A stretch of DNA of 64,000 nucleotides. It comes from Pocillopora damicornis (Eukaryota). A program made the position numbers and the translations under genes. The DNA lies in assembly GCF_003704095.1 (NCBI RefSeq), contig NW_020844650.1:124001-188000 (forward strand), read 5' to 3'. The notes beneath the pieces were generated by a model. It worked only from the letters and a program-made list of their open reading frames with translations. It ran no database searches and had not been told where the DNA came from. This document shows positions 1-12,800 of the stretch, in pieces; position 1 is the first letter of the stretch; each line of letters starts with the position of its first letter.

Positions 1-3000
1 AACTGCATCTCTAAATGTCGTATCCTTTCCGCTCATAACATCTACGTCCATGCCAAAAGCAACCTACATAACGACAAAGAATTGAAAATGAAGATGCTCT
101 TTAAACCATTAAAAGCAATTAACAAAGTAATTGTCCAGAAACTCATGCTCGCAGATATTTTTTTATCGTTTTCCTCTAGCCTAAGAGCAGACCCTTATTT
201 TTCGCGCCACAGGACATGAGCTTCTCCGCCCGCGGAAAGATTTGATACGGGTCGGGGAGAGGTTTTCCAGGGGTATAGCACCAGACCCCTGGCAGACCTT
301 TTGCTGATTCGCATTGCAAAAGTCACTCAAGGCCTCCTAAATATGTTTTCCTTCGGTATAACTGAGCACGAAGGATAACTTGCTGGCTGGCGGAGGGAAT
401 TTATATCAACGTTTTCCTGGTGCATGAACCGATATCAATAGATATTCAAAAATATTCACCATCAACTAGATATTAAAAAATACCACGCCGACATTCTGAA
501 ACGATATTCCGACTATTTCTGAAAACTGCAACAGATGTGTCTATGACAACATGTTTGGCGTCTAATTGTTTATGCTTCGTTGGTTTACTACAAAAAGAAA
601 TTCATAATTGGCACTCAAACACACCGTTAAGACAGTATGTACATCTTGCTGATGAGTGGACAGGAATTATGATAGTCACAAATCTTGTAGAAGTGAGATG
701 ATTTACGCGTAACGCCTGTTTATACCGGGCATAATGTTCAATGATTGGTCGAAACGCATCCTAATATTTGGAAAATAACTGTTGATATTCTAGCCAAGTG
801 ATAATCCCTAAAAGCCTTTCCTTAAAATCTAAAAACGGAGGCTATTAAGTATGTTACGTTCTAATTTCCCCTGCTTGAATCTGTCTGATTTATCATTGGT
901 TCATTATGAAAAATTCCCTTTGATCTGATTGGCTGCTATGGTTAGTTTAGTTTCGTTTTCAAAATTTTCGATTGAAATGCGCTCTGACTTGATGACTACA
1001 CAAGGCCAGCTCAGGTGTTACCTTGCAAATGATATCCAAAGCTGCATGACCAAACTGTTCAAGTATGCAAACTTCTGTTTTCCCATCGGCCATTTTGCCC
1101 AGATGAGAGATGAGGAGATCAGCCGTGGCATTAAAAGAACTCATCAAATCTTTAAGGTACCTGTCGGTGAGAAAATGATTTAAAAAGGATAGAGTGAAGT
1201 ATATGCATATTACATCTCAGGAAAATTAAATGTAAGTTCTTCACTGTACATCTACAAATGTAGCAGCAAGAAACTTACATTATTAAATAGAATATAAAAG
1301 ATGGCCAATTTTGAGCTTGGTAAAGAAATAGACAAATATGTTTTTCATCTTGTAATGAGCACGGGAAAAAGAAAACAATTCTGAGTTCACATGAGGAATC
1401 ACATATCAACTTTGTATTGGCCATGCTCACTACAGAGTCCTTGTGGCTCAGTGGTAGGGCATAGGAATGGGAAGGTCTGAGGTTCAATTCCTCATGTGGA
1501 CTAAAAATTTTTTCTTTGTCCCATGTTCATGACAAGACAAAAAACATCTTTCTCTAACACCATCATTATATACAAAATTGAAAGTGTACACAATTAACAC
1601 TTGCAAAACTAACAATACAAGCATTGCTTATTCTTTTCCTAAACATATCAATACAAAGCTCATGATAATACTAAAACCAGCTTGTTTTAAAAAAGTTTGA
1701 TAATAACTTAGCAGCAAATGTATTGTCATAGTGATTCAGGTGTACCCTATGAAAAGCAAGCCATAATTTAGCCTTTCACCCCCAAGGATGATCGAAAAGG
1801 GGTTTCTCCTTTCAACACCTTCACCCAGAAAGATTATGAGAAGAAAGGAAAATGTTCAGAAGGGGTATCTATATGGTTTGATTTAGCACCATATTTTTTG
1901 AAGCTGAAATTATAAGAGGTATGGCAGACAATGTGGGGAACTGATATTTAGATCCTAAAAGTAAAAGGGTTGACAAACTCCCAAAGTTTCCAGAAAATTA
2001 GATCTTGCTACTTAACTAGCCATACTTACTTGCGATGAAAAGCTGGGTTCATTAAGCCACGTCTTTGTTTCCAGACCTCATTATTCACATTGGTTGCCAG
2101 ACCATTACCAAGAAATCTGAAAAAATGTACATCTCATGGTGAAAAGGGCTTCACTACAGGTCACCCAAAGCCAATCTTATTGTAAATATCACAGCATTGA
2201 CTTCACATGTAAAAAGTCTTCATACAAAACTGATTCACATGTGCTACCTATGTCTTACCCAGTTCTGTGGCAACTAGAAGTAACACCATCCCTCTTGGAT
2301 GGGACACCACTCTGTGACAGGTTAACCCTGCCCCCTGCCCCCTGTTCCCTGCCCCCACCCCCTCTACTCCACCCAAAGATGCAAAATTACCATCAGCCTT
2401 CTAATTTTGTAGTTCTGGGTAGAGAGATGTGCTGTGACAGTAAAGCTAAGAATACAACATGGTGAACTTGGCCAGTACAGTTTAAACGCACAACTTTTGA
2501 TCTTGAAACCAGCCCAGATTTGTCATAATCAACCAAGTGATCTTTGCAGTAATGAACACTATACTTAAGCAGTAGTGGCAAGATGGTTTTGCGAATACCA
2601 AAACTTCAAGACCTGTGAGACTTGGTGGAAACTATTCCCAGTAAAATATCAAGTTTATGAGTAAGAACACTAGACCTTGCCCCTTAAACTTTTGTCACAC
2701 TGTCCTACTTAGATACCAAAGAGGACAAACAGAGATTCTTTACTTCCATTTCAGATCAAACTATGGTCTAAAACCTGCAATGTTCTTATACTTTTAAGTT
2801 AAAGAGTCCCTTGCTCTTGCTGGCAGAAACATGACAAACCACAATAAAAATTACACTCCCAGACACATCTGTTGGGACACCTGCTGTCTCCCCTGCCACT
2901 CTCAATGTTGGTCTACAAGGTGGTACAGAGACATTAAGGATTAACAACACTGAGTGAGGGGAAAAAAAAAACCTCATAGATGCTGATCCTATGTATGAAC

Positions 3001-5432
3001 TTTGTAATGGGCCTCGCTCATCATAGAGTCTCTGAGGCTTAGTGGTAGAGCATTGGAGCACAGAATTTGAAAATCCGAGGTTTAATTCCTCATGGGATGT
3101 CATGATTTTTTTCTTTGTCCCATGCTTGTGACAAGACAAAAAACACCTTTCTCTATTTCTTTACTGTGCTCTCATTATCATACACATTATTCAGGAGAAG
3201 TGGTGTCTCGACTAATTATGTCTGGGAGTGTAGCTATGAAATTCAAAACAAACTTTAACAGGTTCACATAAAGTACATTTACCTTTGCCCAAAGAGATAG
3301 CCAAGAGCAGTATAGGCTAAGAAGTGCTTTGGGAGGTTAGAGGTAACAAGAATGTCCTATGAAAAATTGAAAGAAAAAACAATTTTCTAGCCTACAATCT
3401 GAAAGACATCCAAAGCTATGCAAAGCTTCAGAAGTGTTCCTTAATTAAGACATGGGAAAGCACAAAATACCTGATTTAAAACACCAAAATCACAAAAATT
3501 ATCACACCTTCCACATTTGCGTTTCAAGGAGCCTAATTACAAAGAGTTTTTTTGTCCAGATTATTTAGTTTCCAATATACACTATTATGAAACTCAAATC
3601 AATTTGTTTCAGGTAAACTGTATAAGTTGAACTGAAATTAATCTATTCAACTAAATCATTGTGGAAGTTAAAATCGACTTCAAGCTTCAAACTTAATTTG
3701 GAGTCTGTTTAAAAACTCAATAGTAATATGTATACCTATTTATTGGCTGTATAAGTTTATAATGTGTTACATTTGCTCAACAAGTACCTTCACCATCTCT
3801 GGATCAGTTATTACAATAAAGGGGAAATGCATAAACCAACACACAAAAATTGCACCATATTCAATATGCCTGTATAAAAAAAAAAAACAGTCAAATCATA
3901 AGAATAATTTGGTTAAAAATATAAAATTAATTTGCCATTAAGTCAACCTCAACTCAAAATTTATTTATGATCTAGAATATAAAATCACATTTACCAAAGT
4001 ACTTAACCCTTTAGCCCCTAAGAGTGACCAGCATCTAATTTCTCCTTACAATATCATCCCTGAAACACACTTTAAGGTCACAAGAAAAAGGAAAATGATC
4101 ACCTTGTAAAGAAGGTCTCGAAGCAAAACTGTTTATGAAGTTCGAATTTTGTCACCTTTTCAAACATCTTTAATTCCCCCAAGACCTTCAAAAATACCAT
4201 AATTAAAACTAAAACTAGCTCATATCTTCAGCACTGTTAATAGAACAGTTATAAGAATTCACTCCTAAACACTATGACACAAGAAGTTACTCACCACTGT
4301 AGAAATAAGCTGTGAATGGGATTTCCTGCATCACGGCATGCAATAACGTCTTTTGTGTGCCCCGAGAAGAAACTTCAAAAAGAAGTGAAAAAAAAAAAGA
4401 AAAGAAAAAGAAACTAAACAAACATTGTGTGTAGAGTTGTTTGGTGGGAATGCTTTTGTGAAAAATTCCTTCAAATTTCCTTTCTTGTTATTCCTCTTTA
4501 AGTTTCTGAGAGAGACATAAAGCAACTGATGCAGTTGAGAGCTTGACTTGTTTCTTGGCTCTCTACAACCCCCTTCCCCCCCCCCCCCTCCCCCAGCACT
4601 ATAAAGAAGATTTTAGGGGTACCACTACGACCCCCTCCCCTAACTCAAGAACAGTCAATTGATATCAAGTCAGGGTTAATGTTGGGTTAGGGGAGGGGTA
4701 GGTGAGCAGTTGCTCAGATGCTGATATTGATCTAGGTAAGCTAAGGTAGACTTGGGAGAAAGACTATGTTCCCTAACTTCCATAGAATACTAAAGCTCCC
4801 TAATTCTCTAAATATGATGTTTATGGGGCATGTAGCAACAAAAGCTCTCTTGTCGGGTCATTCTTCTTGTTGCAGGAAATTCGATTGCATCATAATGAAG
4901 TGACAGATTGACTGCACTTCTCAAAGTCGCATCCCATGCATTAGTATTTAAAACACCCAGTTCCTTCTCAAAATTATAATTTCGCCAATTATCAATGGGG
5001 CTATCTTTACTTTATGCGATTCAATTTGTTTGCAATGGTTCGTCAATTGTTCTTGCAACATACATTATAAGCAGGGGTTACATTGGTTCCCAAATCTTTG
5101 TGTCCTTCTAAGACTGTCACATAAAGTTCCTAACTGTTACTGATGCAGGCCATGTACACGCACAAATTTGCCAAGAACGGCATACGAAGAAATATGATAC
5201 CCGATGAGTAAATTATCCATAAGATACAGTCATAATTAAGAGGGCAGGTTTAGCCAGAATTGGAAATAAGAGATGTAAGTTGAAAAAAATAAACATCTCA
5301 CCTCGTCAGTGGTGCAGATGGTATGTGGGCAAATTTGCGCCTTAAATGAACTATATATAGCGCAAAAATACAGATAAGGACCAGCAATAAGGCGATCAGG
5401 GCACCAAGTGCAAAAAAAATCTGGTACAACAT
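1..5432 (-). CDS. CYP46A1: Cytochrome P450, CYP46A1-like (cholesterol 24-hydroxylase family), copy A; exons 1-7, continues off the left edge
   Basis: Exons read manually (minus strand): 5432-5302 (MLYQIFFALG...HIPSAPLT), 4372-4295 (FFSGHTKD...LFLQW), 3869-3788 (HIEYGAIF...TDPEMVK), 3356-3283, 2116-2030 (FLGNGLATN..WKQRR.LMNPAFHRK), 1160-1022 (ADGKTEV...ALDIICK), 63-<1 (VAFGMD...). All GT-AG with compatible phases. The motifs and exon boundaries resemble CYP46A1. Confidence 0.9.
1355..1555 (+). mobile_element. tRNA-derived SINE with a partial inverted copy upstream
   Basis: A-box TGGCTCAGTGG (1444), B-box GGTTCAATTCC (1481) and conserved tail ttctttgtcccatg..gacaagac.aaaaacatctttctc. The same family occurs at 3010, 12684 and 14300. 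Confidence 0.7.
3010..3170 (+). mobile_element. tRNA-derived SINE
   Basis: ggcttagtggtagagcattgg...gaggtttaattcctcatggga...ttctttgtcccatgcttgtgacaagac. Confidence 0.65.
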
Positions 5433-6869
5433 TGCGGGAGTGTAGGGTCTACTCGGGAAAACTTCTCCGCTCTGCAACTTCTGCAAGAGATTACAACAGA
5501 TGCGCATGGGAGACCTGGTAACGAATTCTTCGGGTCTTACAAAATTTTAAAATCTACGAGATCGGGAGAGAAAAACACTTTCCTAATATAACCAGATGAA
5601 TCTCTTGGAAGGAAGTGTAAAATTCAGATCGTGAATTCCGTGTTAAAAATGTTCCCATTAATTTTTCTTTTTCTCTAGCAAGACAATTTCAACTGTAAAT
5701 ATGATTTTCAGCTTTTGTTATTGACCAAGTGATTGAAAGGAACCACACAACTACACACTGTTCTTATCAAGTGTATGACCATATCAGTCAGTGTGGAATC
5801 AAATCCGTGGAGAGTTCTGGCTCTCAAGGAGCCTGTCATTAGCGATTGGCTCTCTTCGCTGTTTGATGACCTGTGATGCTGTTTCGGTTTTTCCTCGCAT
5901 CTTGACCAATTAGTGTCGTGTTATATACTTATTCATGAGGCACTGTTTGCAGTTTTAAAGTAATTGTTCACCTTAACACCATTTTGAAGCCAAATTTTAG
6001 CTTTTCAATACCTGTGGCAATAGGTATTTCTTCTTGTTTAAACAATAATAACTTCATGTACCAAGGCTTCTTTGTGTAAGATGTACCTCCTTGAGCCAAG
6101 CCACCACATCCCTTCACCCACTCCACCCTTAACGTCCCTGAGTTGAAAGAGGGCCTTCCAGGGGATTTGAAGGACATCGCAAATTGGACCGAGGAATTTT
6201 TCTTCTGGATCGGTGGGAAATGTTGCCTCTCGGGGAACAGGGAAACTTTTTATTTCATAGATTTAAAGGGCATGCCATATTCACTTGGTATAAAACCCTT
6301 ACTAAGGGTTAAATGTTGATATTTCTCCGCCAGCCATGATGAATCGCAGTATTGCAACTTGGGTGCGAGTAGACTGAAGTCAATTTTGTATATTACAAAA
6401 ATAGCTGTTAATGAATTTGAAATACTCGAGTGGTTTTGGAGATCGAGGAATCACATAACGAAATCAGGTTAACAACAGCCGTTAGAAAGTAATTTTACCA
6501 TTTGGTAAAGTATATTTTCAAGGATTTTTTACTTTTTCTTGATTTTCGCTATCATTTTTAACTCATAATCAGCCACAGTCTACGTGCTTTGAAGACAAGT
6601 GCTTTGAAGCTCGTTTAATGACGTAGCATTTCAGTTTAATTTATTTCAAGGACTCTAAACTAGTTACTTCACAAAACTTTGTGAAAGCACCGTAAGAACA
6701 TACCACATGATTACCTGTTGCTACTAATTAATTAGAGATGTCCTCAGTCTTTCTTGGTCATTAAAATATGCTTTATATGCAGCAATTTCATTGAAGGACC
6801 CGTTTTCTTCACAAATGGAATTTCTGGGAGCTTCTTCCGAACCATTATAGCGAGAGCTCGACAAGTAGG

Positions 6870-9800
6870 TTAATTTCGCTTAGTCAAAGTACACATAACG
6901 CCATCCTTGGGTCGAAGCGTGACTCTTTCAAGAATATCGCGTGACTGTCCAGGTACCAAAGAAAACTTGAACGTCTGAAGGAAGCGTGACAGCAAAATCT
7001 TGGCTTCGATCTGTTTGATGGCAAAACAAGAGGTGATAATCAGAAAATTTTCAAAGGAGAAAAAGCGTCATGAAATAAACTAACGAAAGGAAGTGGCGCG
7101 AAACGGGGCTGTTCTCCTGTTCATTAGTGTGACGATAATATGTCGAAAATCGTTTGATAAAATCTCTTATTAATTACATTGCTCTCTGCCTTGTCACTCT
7201 ATAATTTTAAAAGAAACAAGATAATTTAGAGATTAAAACCAATTCTTACCACCAACCCCTTTTTAATATAAGTCAACTTGTTCTGTTCAAGCTTACAAAC
7301 TCCTCTTGGAAAATAAATGCAACGCGCACTGGGACAGAAACGGGATCCTCTCGTGGAGAGGAGGTCCTACCAAAAGTATCTTGTGGGCATTTTGAGGTGT
7401 GCTTGGTTGTTTTACGAGTACGATTGATCGAAGATCATCAAAAAGAGAAGGGATCATAAGGGATCCCCCCCCCCCCCNNNNNNNNNNNNNNNNNTTGTCC
7501 GATACAGTTCCGGGGTCCAAGTGAAAACGGGAAGTAATTGTAATGAGACCTAAAAGCGGCATCGAGAAAAAAACAAAATTCCTCACACATTAATTTGAAG
7601 CTCCCTTTTCATTTGAAACATATAAAGTTGCGTTGTATACCGGGGATAATGCCTGAGGGTGAAATATTGACGAAGTCACTGTGGTCGTTGTATGAGGCGA
7701 AAATTAATCCTTGAAGCTTTTAAGTCCTGTCATAAGAAACCTCGCTTGTCATACTCACTTTTCAGCGACAGTTAAGTCCTTTTCAAAAACTACCCTCCCT
7801 CGAATGATCACACAACACGAGCGACTGTTACTCTCGCGTTCGAATCAACCTTTTATTGCACATGGCAGTCATACCCGATGTGCTGTTTGGGGTCGGATGA
7901 CCAACAAACAATAGGATTGGCTCTGAACACAATTTAAATCAAAGCACGCTTCTTACAACAACATGGCCGGTTTACTCTCATGTCTTATAGTTCCGTTCGC
8001 TTGTATAATGTAGGTCCTAATGGCGTACATTGAACATCATACACAAAAAGAGAAATGTGGATAGGTTCTCGTTTAATTCCACAAGCGTATTTGCGTCAAA
8101 GGTCACCGTAACATTTTTGTATAGACGAATATAACTAACCAGCTCGTGAAGAGTAGCACTAAATACCTATTGAATTCTTCTGAGTCATCGTCGAATCTGT
8201 AAGGATTGAATTCCTCAGGCTTAGTCCAGTACTTAGGAGATCGGCCGCTGACGAAGGTGCTCATCTACAAATTAATAAGCACAATCTTATTCGTTTGGGG
8301 GAGAAAAAGGAGGAAGCGAAACGAAAAGTTTGTTCTAAAAAATTAAAAAGCTTTAAAGAAAAAATTGCACAACTCAAATAGTCTAGCATTAAGCGCTAGT
8401 TGTTTTTACTAATTGATTTACGTAGAAAAGGAAATTGAAAATTTGACTAAGAATATTTGATATAGTGTTCTGAGCAGTGTTAGGTCATTCTGTGAATTGT
8501 GAAATATGTACATCGATAATTGTAGTAGCGTTCGTGAGTCCATCAACCCTGTGCGAAAGCTACGAAAATTATGAAAATTGAGACGAGGGCCGATTCTCGT
8601 CTACAAAAGGGGAAGGAGCAATTGAATTGTTTGAAGTAAATTTGACATTTGCGCTAACAAGACGTAAATAGAGACAGAGACAGAGATAGAGATAAAGACA
8701 GAGAAACTGCATTATGAAGAGACAATTAATACTATACCAGGATAGGAACGTTGGCAGGTATTTTGTATCCTCCAAATTCTCTATTCTTTTCACAAATTCG
8801 TAATGAACCAGAACCTCCCGCAGGGTATAGACGTAAGGTTTCTTTCAGTACCTATTAAAAGTGACAAGTAGTTTAAGTCATGATCTATGGCAGATACATA
8901 TCATCATAACTCATGCTGACGACGTAGTCATAAAAAAAAGTTTAAAAAGGAAGCGCTATTAACTAATTGACCTAACCTTTACGTCTAATACAGCGCTTTT
9001 CGATTGAGCGCCAAGAAACAAAACTAAAGCGATCACCACGACCAATCAGAACAAAGGACAATGTCAGAGCAACAACTCAGAGCAAAAACAAGCAGTAAAC
9101 AGCTTAAGCGCGGGAAAACAGGAGTGAAAGAGTGACGTTTGGTTTTAGTTTTGTATCTAATTGGTTGAGAAGATGGTGCAAGTTTTCAGGAGCAATCAAA
9201 GCTCGAAGAAATGCAAAAACAATACAATTCAGGATTACTTTCGACAGTAAATTAAAAATTGTTCGGAGGCATCTGGGAAAAAGTACTGCCACTCGTCGTT
9301 AAGCTCTATGTTTTTCAATTCGACTCATTTCTCTTATAAGTTTGCGGGCAACTTCGCCAGAGAATTCTTAAAATGCGCTAATAAACGGCTAAACTGTAGC
9401 TACAAGCCATGAACTATTTAATCCAAAAACTGACCAACCAACGATCCCTAGCAGTCTCGTGAATTCACTAGTATCTGTGTGTGTTTTCTTTTCTTTTTTT
9501 GGTTCAAAAAAGGTTGCTAAAAAGGGAAGCGTTACCAGCCCGAGTTGTTTGAGTTTAGCCAGGTCATCAAACGCAACATGCTGTTTAGGTCCCAGAACAT
9601 CATGTATTTCTTCCAACAAACTGGACGAGAAAAAAAGAAAAGATTACGATGTAATGTAGTTTGTTTGTGACATTCCTACAGACAAACTGAAGTTAACCCT
9701 TTCTCCCCTATGAGTGACCAAGACAGAATTTCTCCTTACAATATCAATACAATACCCACCAGATAAATGATGAGAATAAAGAAAAATATCAATTTAGAGA

Positions 9801-12800
9801 TAGCTAGTTGATCCAATACTAAATTCTCTGAACAAACATTATTAGAATTGTATCGTTGACAGTAAAAAGATTTGCAAATTTGATCTGGAAGCTAAAGGGT
9901 TAAAGAAAACTCAGAAAAAACTCTTAAAAATCAGCCAGGACATGACCTCAGCCTTCTAGATACACGTTGGCTACCACTACCATCCATAGTTTAAAGAAGT
10001 ACTAGTTATATTTGAAACCCGATAGGTTTCTATACGCAACATATTTTGCAGAGGTTTCCCGACCTGATCGTGCACATCGTTCAATACCCTCAATCTGTTC
10101 AGTCACAGTATGTAAGCACGTGAACAGAAGATTGCGTATGGTCAGGGAGTTATAGACATCATCTGCGACATCGTTTATTTCATCTTCGAATTTTCGCAGT
10201 TTTTTAAACTGAGCTCTGAAGCCGCATGGAGGGAAGGACCCAAATGTCATCTTACATTTTTATGGTATATGGCAACTTGAGGAGTGTTCAAAAAATTATC
10301 TTAGTTTAAAATTCGACAATTCAACTTAACTTTCACATCAACTTTGAAACAACTACCACCCCCCACCCCACCCAAGTAACCAACCACTTCCGGGGTTCCC
10401 TCCACGTCAAAATTGGTTGGTCTTTAAGTCTTACCTGTCAACTATCTCCGGATGATTTCCCAGCTCAAGAACACAAAAGCTTAACAAACTGGCTGTAGTT
10501 TCGTGACCTTGAAAGATGGCAATGAAAATAGTAAGTACATACCGAGAATATGCGTCTGCTGCGTGGAGAGATGATAAGAGTTTTTAAGCCAACTGATTTA
10601 CATGCGAAGTGTCTTACCAGCAACGAAGAAAGTAACGAAATCATCCAACATGTCCTCAATTTCAAGGTTTGGAACTGATTCTAGAAAATTAAAAAAGAAT
10701 ATTTATCAGACTGACTGCACACTGAATGACTGACTCACACACTGACTGACCGACCGACTGGCCGACTAATAAACTAACTGACTGACTGGCTGACTGACTG
10801 ACTGATTGATTGACTGATTGATTGACAGAATAACTGACTGACTGACCGGCTGACTGACTGACTGACTAACTCATTACGACTGACTGACTGACTGACTGAC
10901 TGACTGCCGGACTGAAAGACTGACTGACTGACTAGTTGACTGACCAACTGAATGACAGACTGATTGACTGACTAACTGATTGGCTGACTAACTGACTGAC
11001 TGACTGACTAACTGACTGACTGATTGACGGACTGACTAACTGACTGGCTGAGTGACTGTCTAACTGACAGACCGACAGACTGACAAACTAGCTGACTTAC
11101 CGACTAACTGACTAACTGACTTACTTACTGACGTACACATTGGCTGACTGAGTGACTCACCAACTCAGCAACTGAGATACTGATCACACACCTAACAAAA
11201 CTAACCTTGCTGCTGAATAATTCGTTGTAATATATCATCAGGGACCTCTTCTCCTCTTGCCATGACATGCTTTCTTGCTTCAATGACTTTCCTTCCAGTT
11301 TCACGCAAAAACTTTACTGCCTTTATCACGCGCCATTGGTATGGATATTGGAAAATGTTCCACTGAAAAAATGTAAATAAACCAAAGAGTAGAATCATTG
11401 ATGTGCCACTGGTTTAAACATATTCGGATTAATGTCAATATCTTAGCAACTGCACACCTTCCCCTCGCCAAAAAGGTGGCAGCTTGGAGCACTGTATCGA
11501 TTTATTTACTGATTTATCAATCTATGTGGCGCCATGGCACGAATGAAGTACCTTGTGAAAAATGCTCATTTGTGAAACGTGAGCTCCTTCAAAGCTCAGG
11601 GAAACAGCATCTCTAAATGTTGTATCCTTTCCGCTCATTACATCTACGTCCATGCCAAAAGCAACCTACACAACGACAAAGAATTAAAAACGATGATGCT
11701 CCTTAAAACATTTAAAAAAATTAACAAAGTAATCCTAGTTACTCCTACGTCCAGATATTTTTTCATCAATTTCCTCTAGCCTACGAGCAGACCCTTATTA
11801 TTCGCACCGCAGCTAGGACACACGTTTCTCCACCCACGAGACGATTTGGGACAAGTGCGGGAGAGGTTTTCCAAGGGTCTGGCACCGGAACCCTTGGAGA
11901 CTTCGGGCTTGTTTGAAGTTTACCTATTAACACCATTAAGGCAGTGTATACACCTTAGTGGACAGAATTCATGATAATCACAAATATCTTGGTCGTTCAA
12001 TGATTGGTCTAAATGCATCCTAATATTTGGAAAATAACTGTTGATATTCTACTCAAGTGATAATCCCAAATTTTCAACCTAAACCCGAATTTGTTGAAAA
12101 TACAATCAATATCTTTCCTTAAAAGCTAAAAAAGAGGCTATCAAGTATGTAAGCATACATTGCATCACATAAACAAAGGCTGAGTTAGTCTTCTCATGCT
12201 GGCATTTTAATTTCCCCGGCTTGAATCTGTTTGATTTATCATTGGTTCTTTATGAAAAATACCCTTTGATCTGATTGGCTGCTGTGTTAAGTTAAGTTTC
12301 GTTTTCAAAATGCTTCATCTAAATGTGTTCTGAATCACTTACGACATAGGACCAGCTCAGGTGTTACCTTGCAAATGATATCCAAAGCTGCATGACCAAA
12401 CTGTTCAAGTAAGCAAACTTCTGTTTTCCCATCAGCCATTTTGCCCAGATGAGTAATGAGGAGATCAGCTGTGGCATTAAAAGAACTCATCAAATCTTTA
12501 AGGTACCTGTCAACGAGAAAGTGATTTAAACAGGATAGAGTGAAGCATGTGCATATTACATCTCAGGAAAATTCTGAAATGTAAGTTCTTCACTGTACAT
12601 CTACAAATGTAGCAGCAAGAAACATATATTATTATTTAAGAATATGAAACATACTAGAAATAAACATAAATAACTTTTTTGAAATGAGCATAGGACAAAG
12701 AAGATATTCTGAGTACCCATGAGGAATCATACGTGGACTTCGTAATGGCCTCGCTCACCATAGAGTCTCTGTGGCTCAGTGATAGGGCATTGGAGCAGGG

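Larger units (their letters stand above)
1..6485. repeat. Tandem segmental duplication: 1-~6485 is paralogous to ~11603-19035, including introns and promoter
   Basis: Intronic and upstream sequences align by eye, e.g. 720-840 vs 11995-12140, 2560-2960 vs 13850-14250, 5490-6070 vs 18385-18920 and 6378-6480 vs 18927-19030. Confidence 0.9.

Noticed and set aside
1435-1500. tRNA genes at A/B-box sequences (also 3030, 12770, 14300, 19810)
   Set aside because: No complete cloverleaf; the first four share a SINE tail and 19810 is only a B-box fragment.
7478-7549. CYP copy B as a pseudogene with a truncated heme exon
   Set aside because: The missing ~12 nt and donor site fall within the 17-N gap; all other exons are intact.
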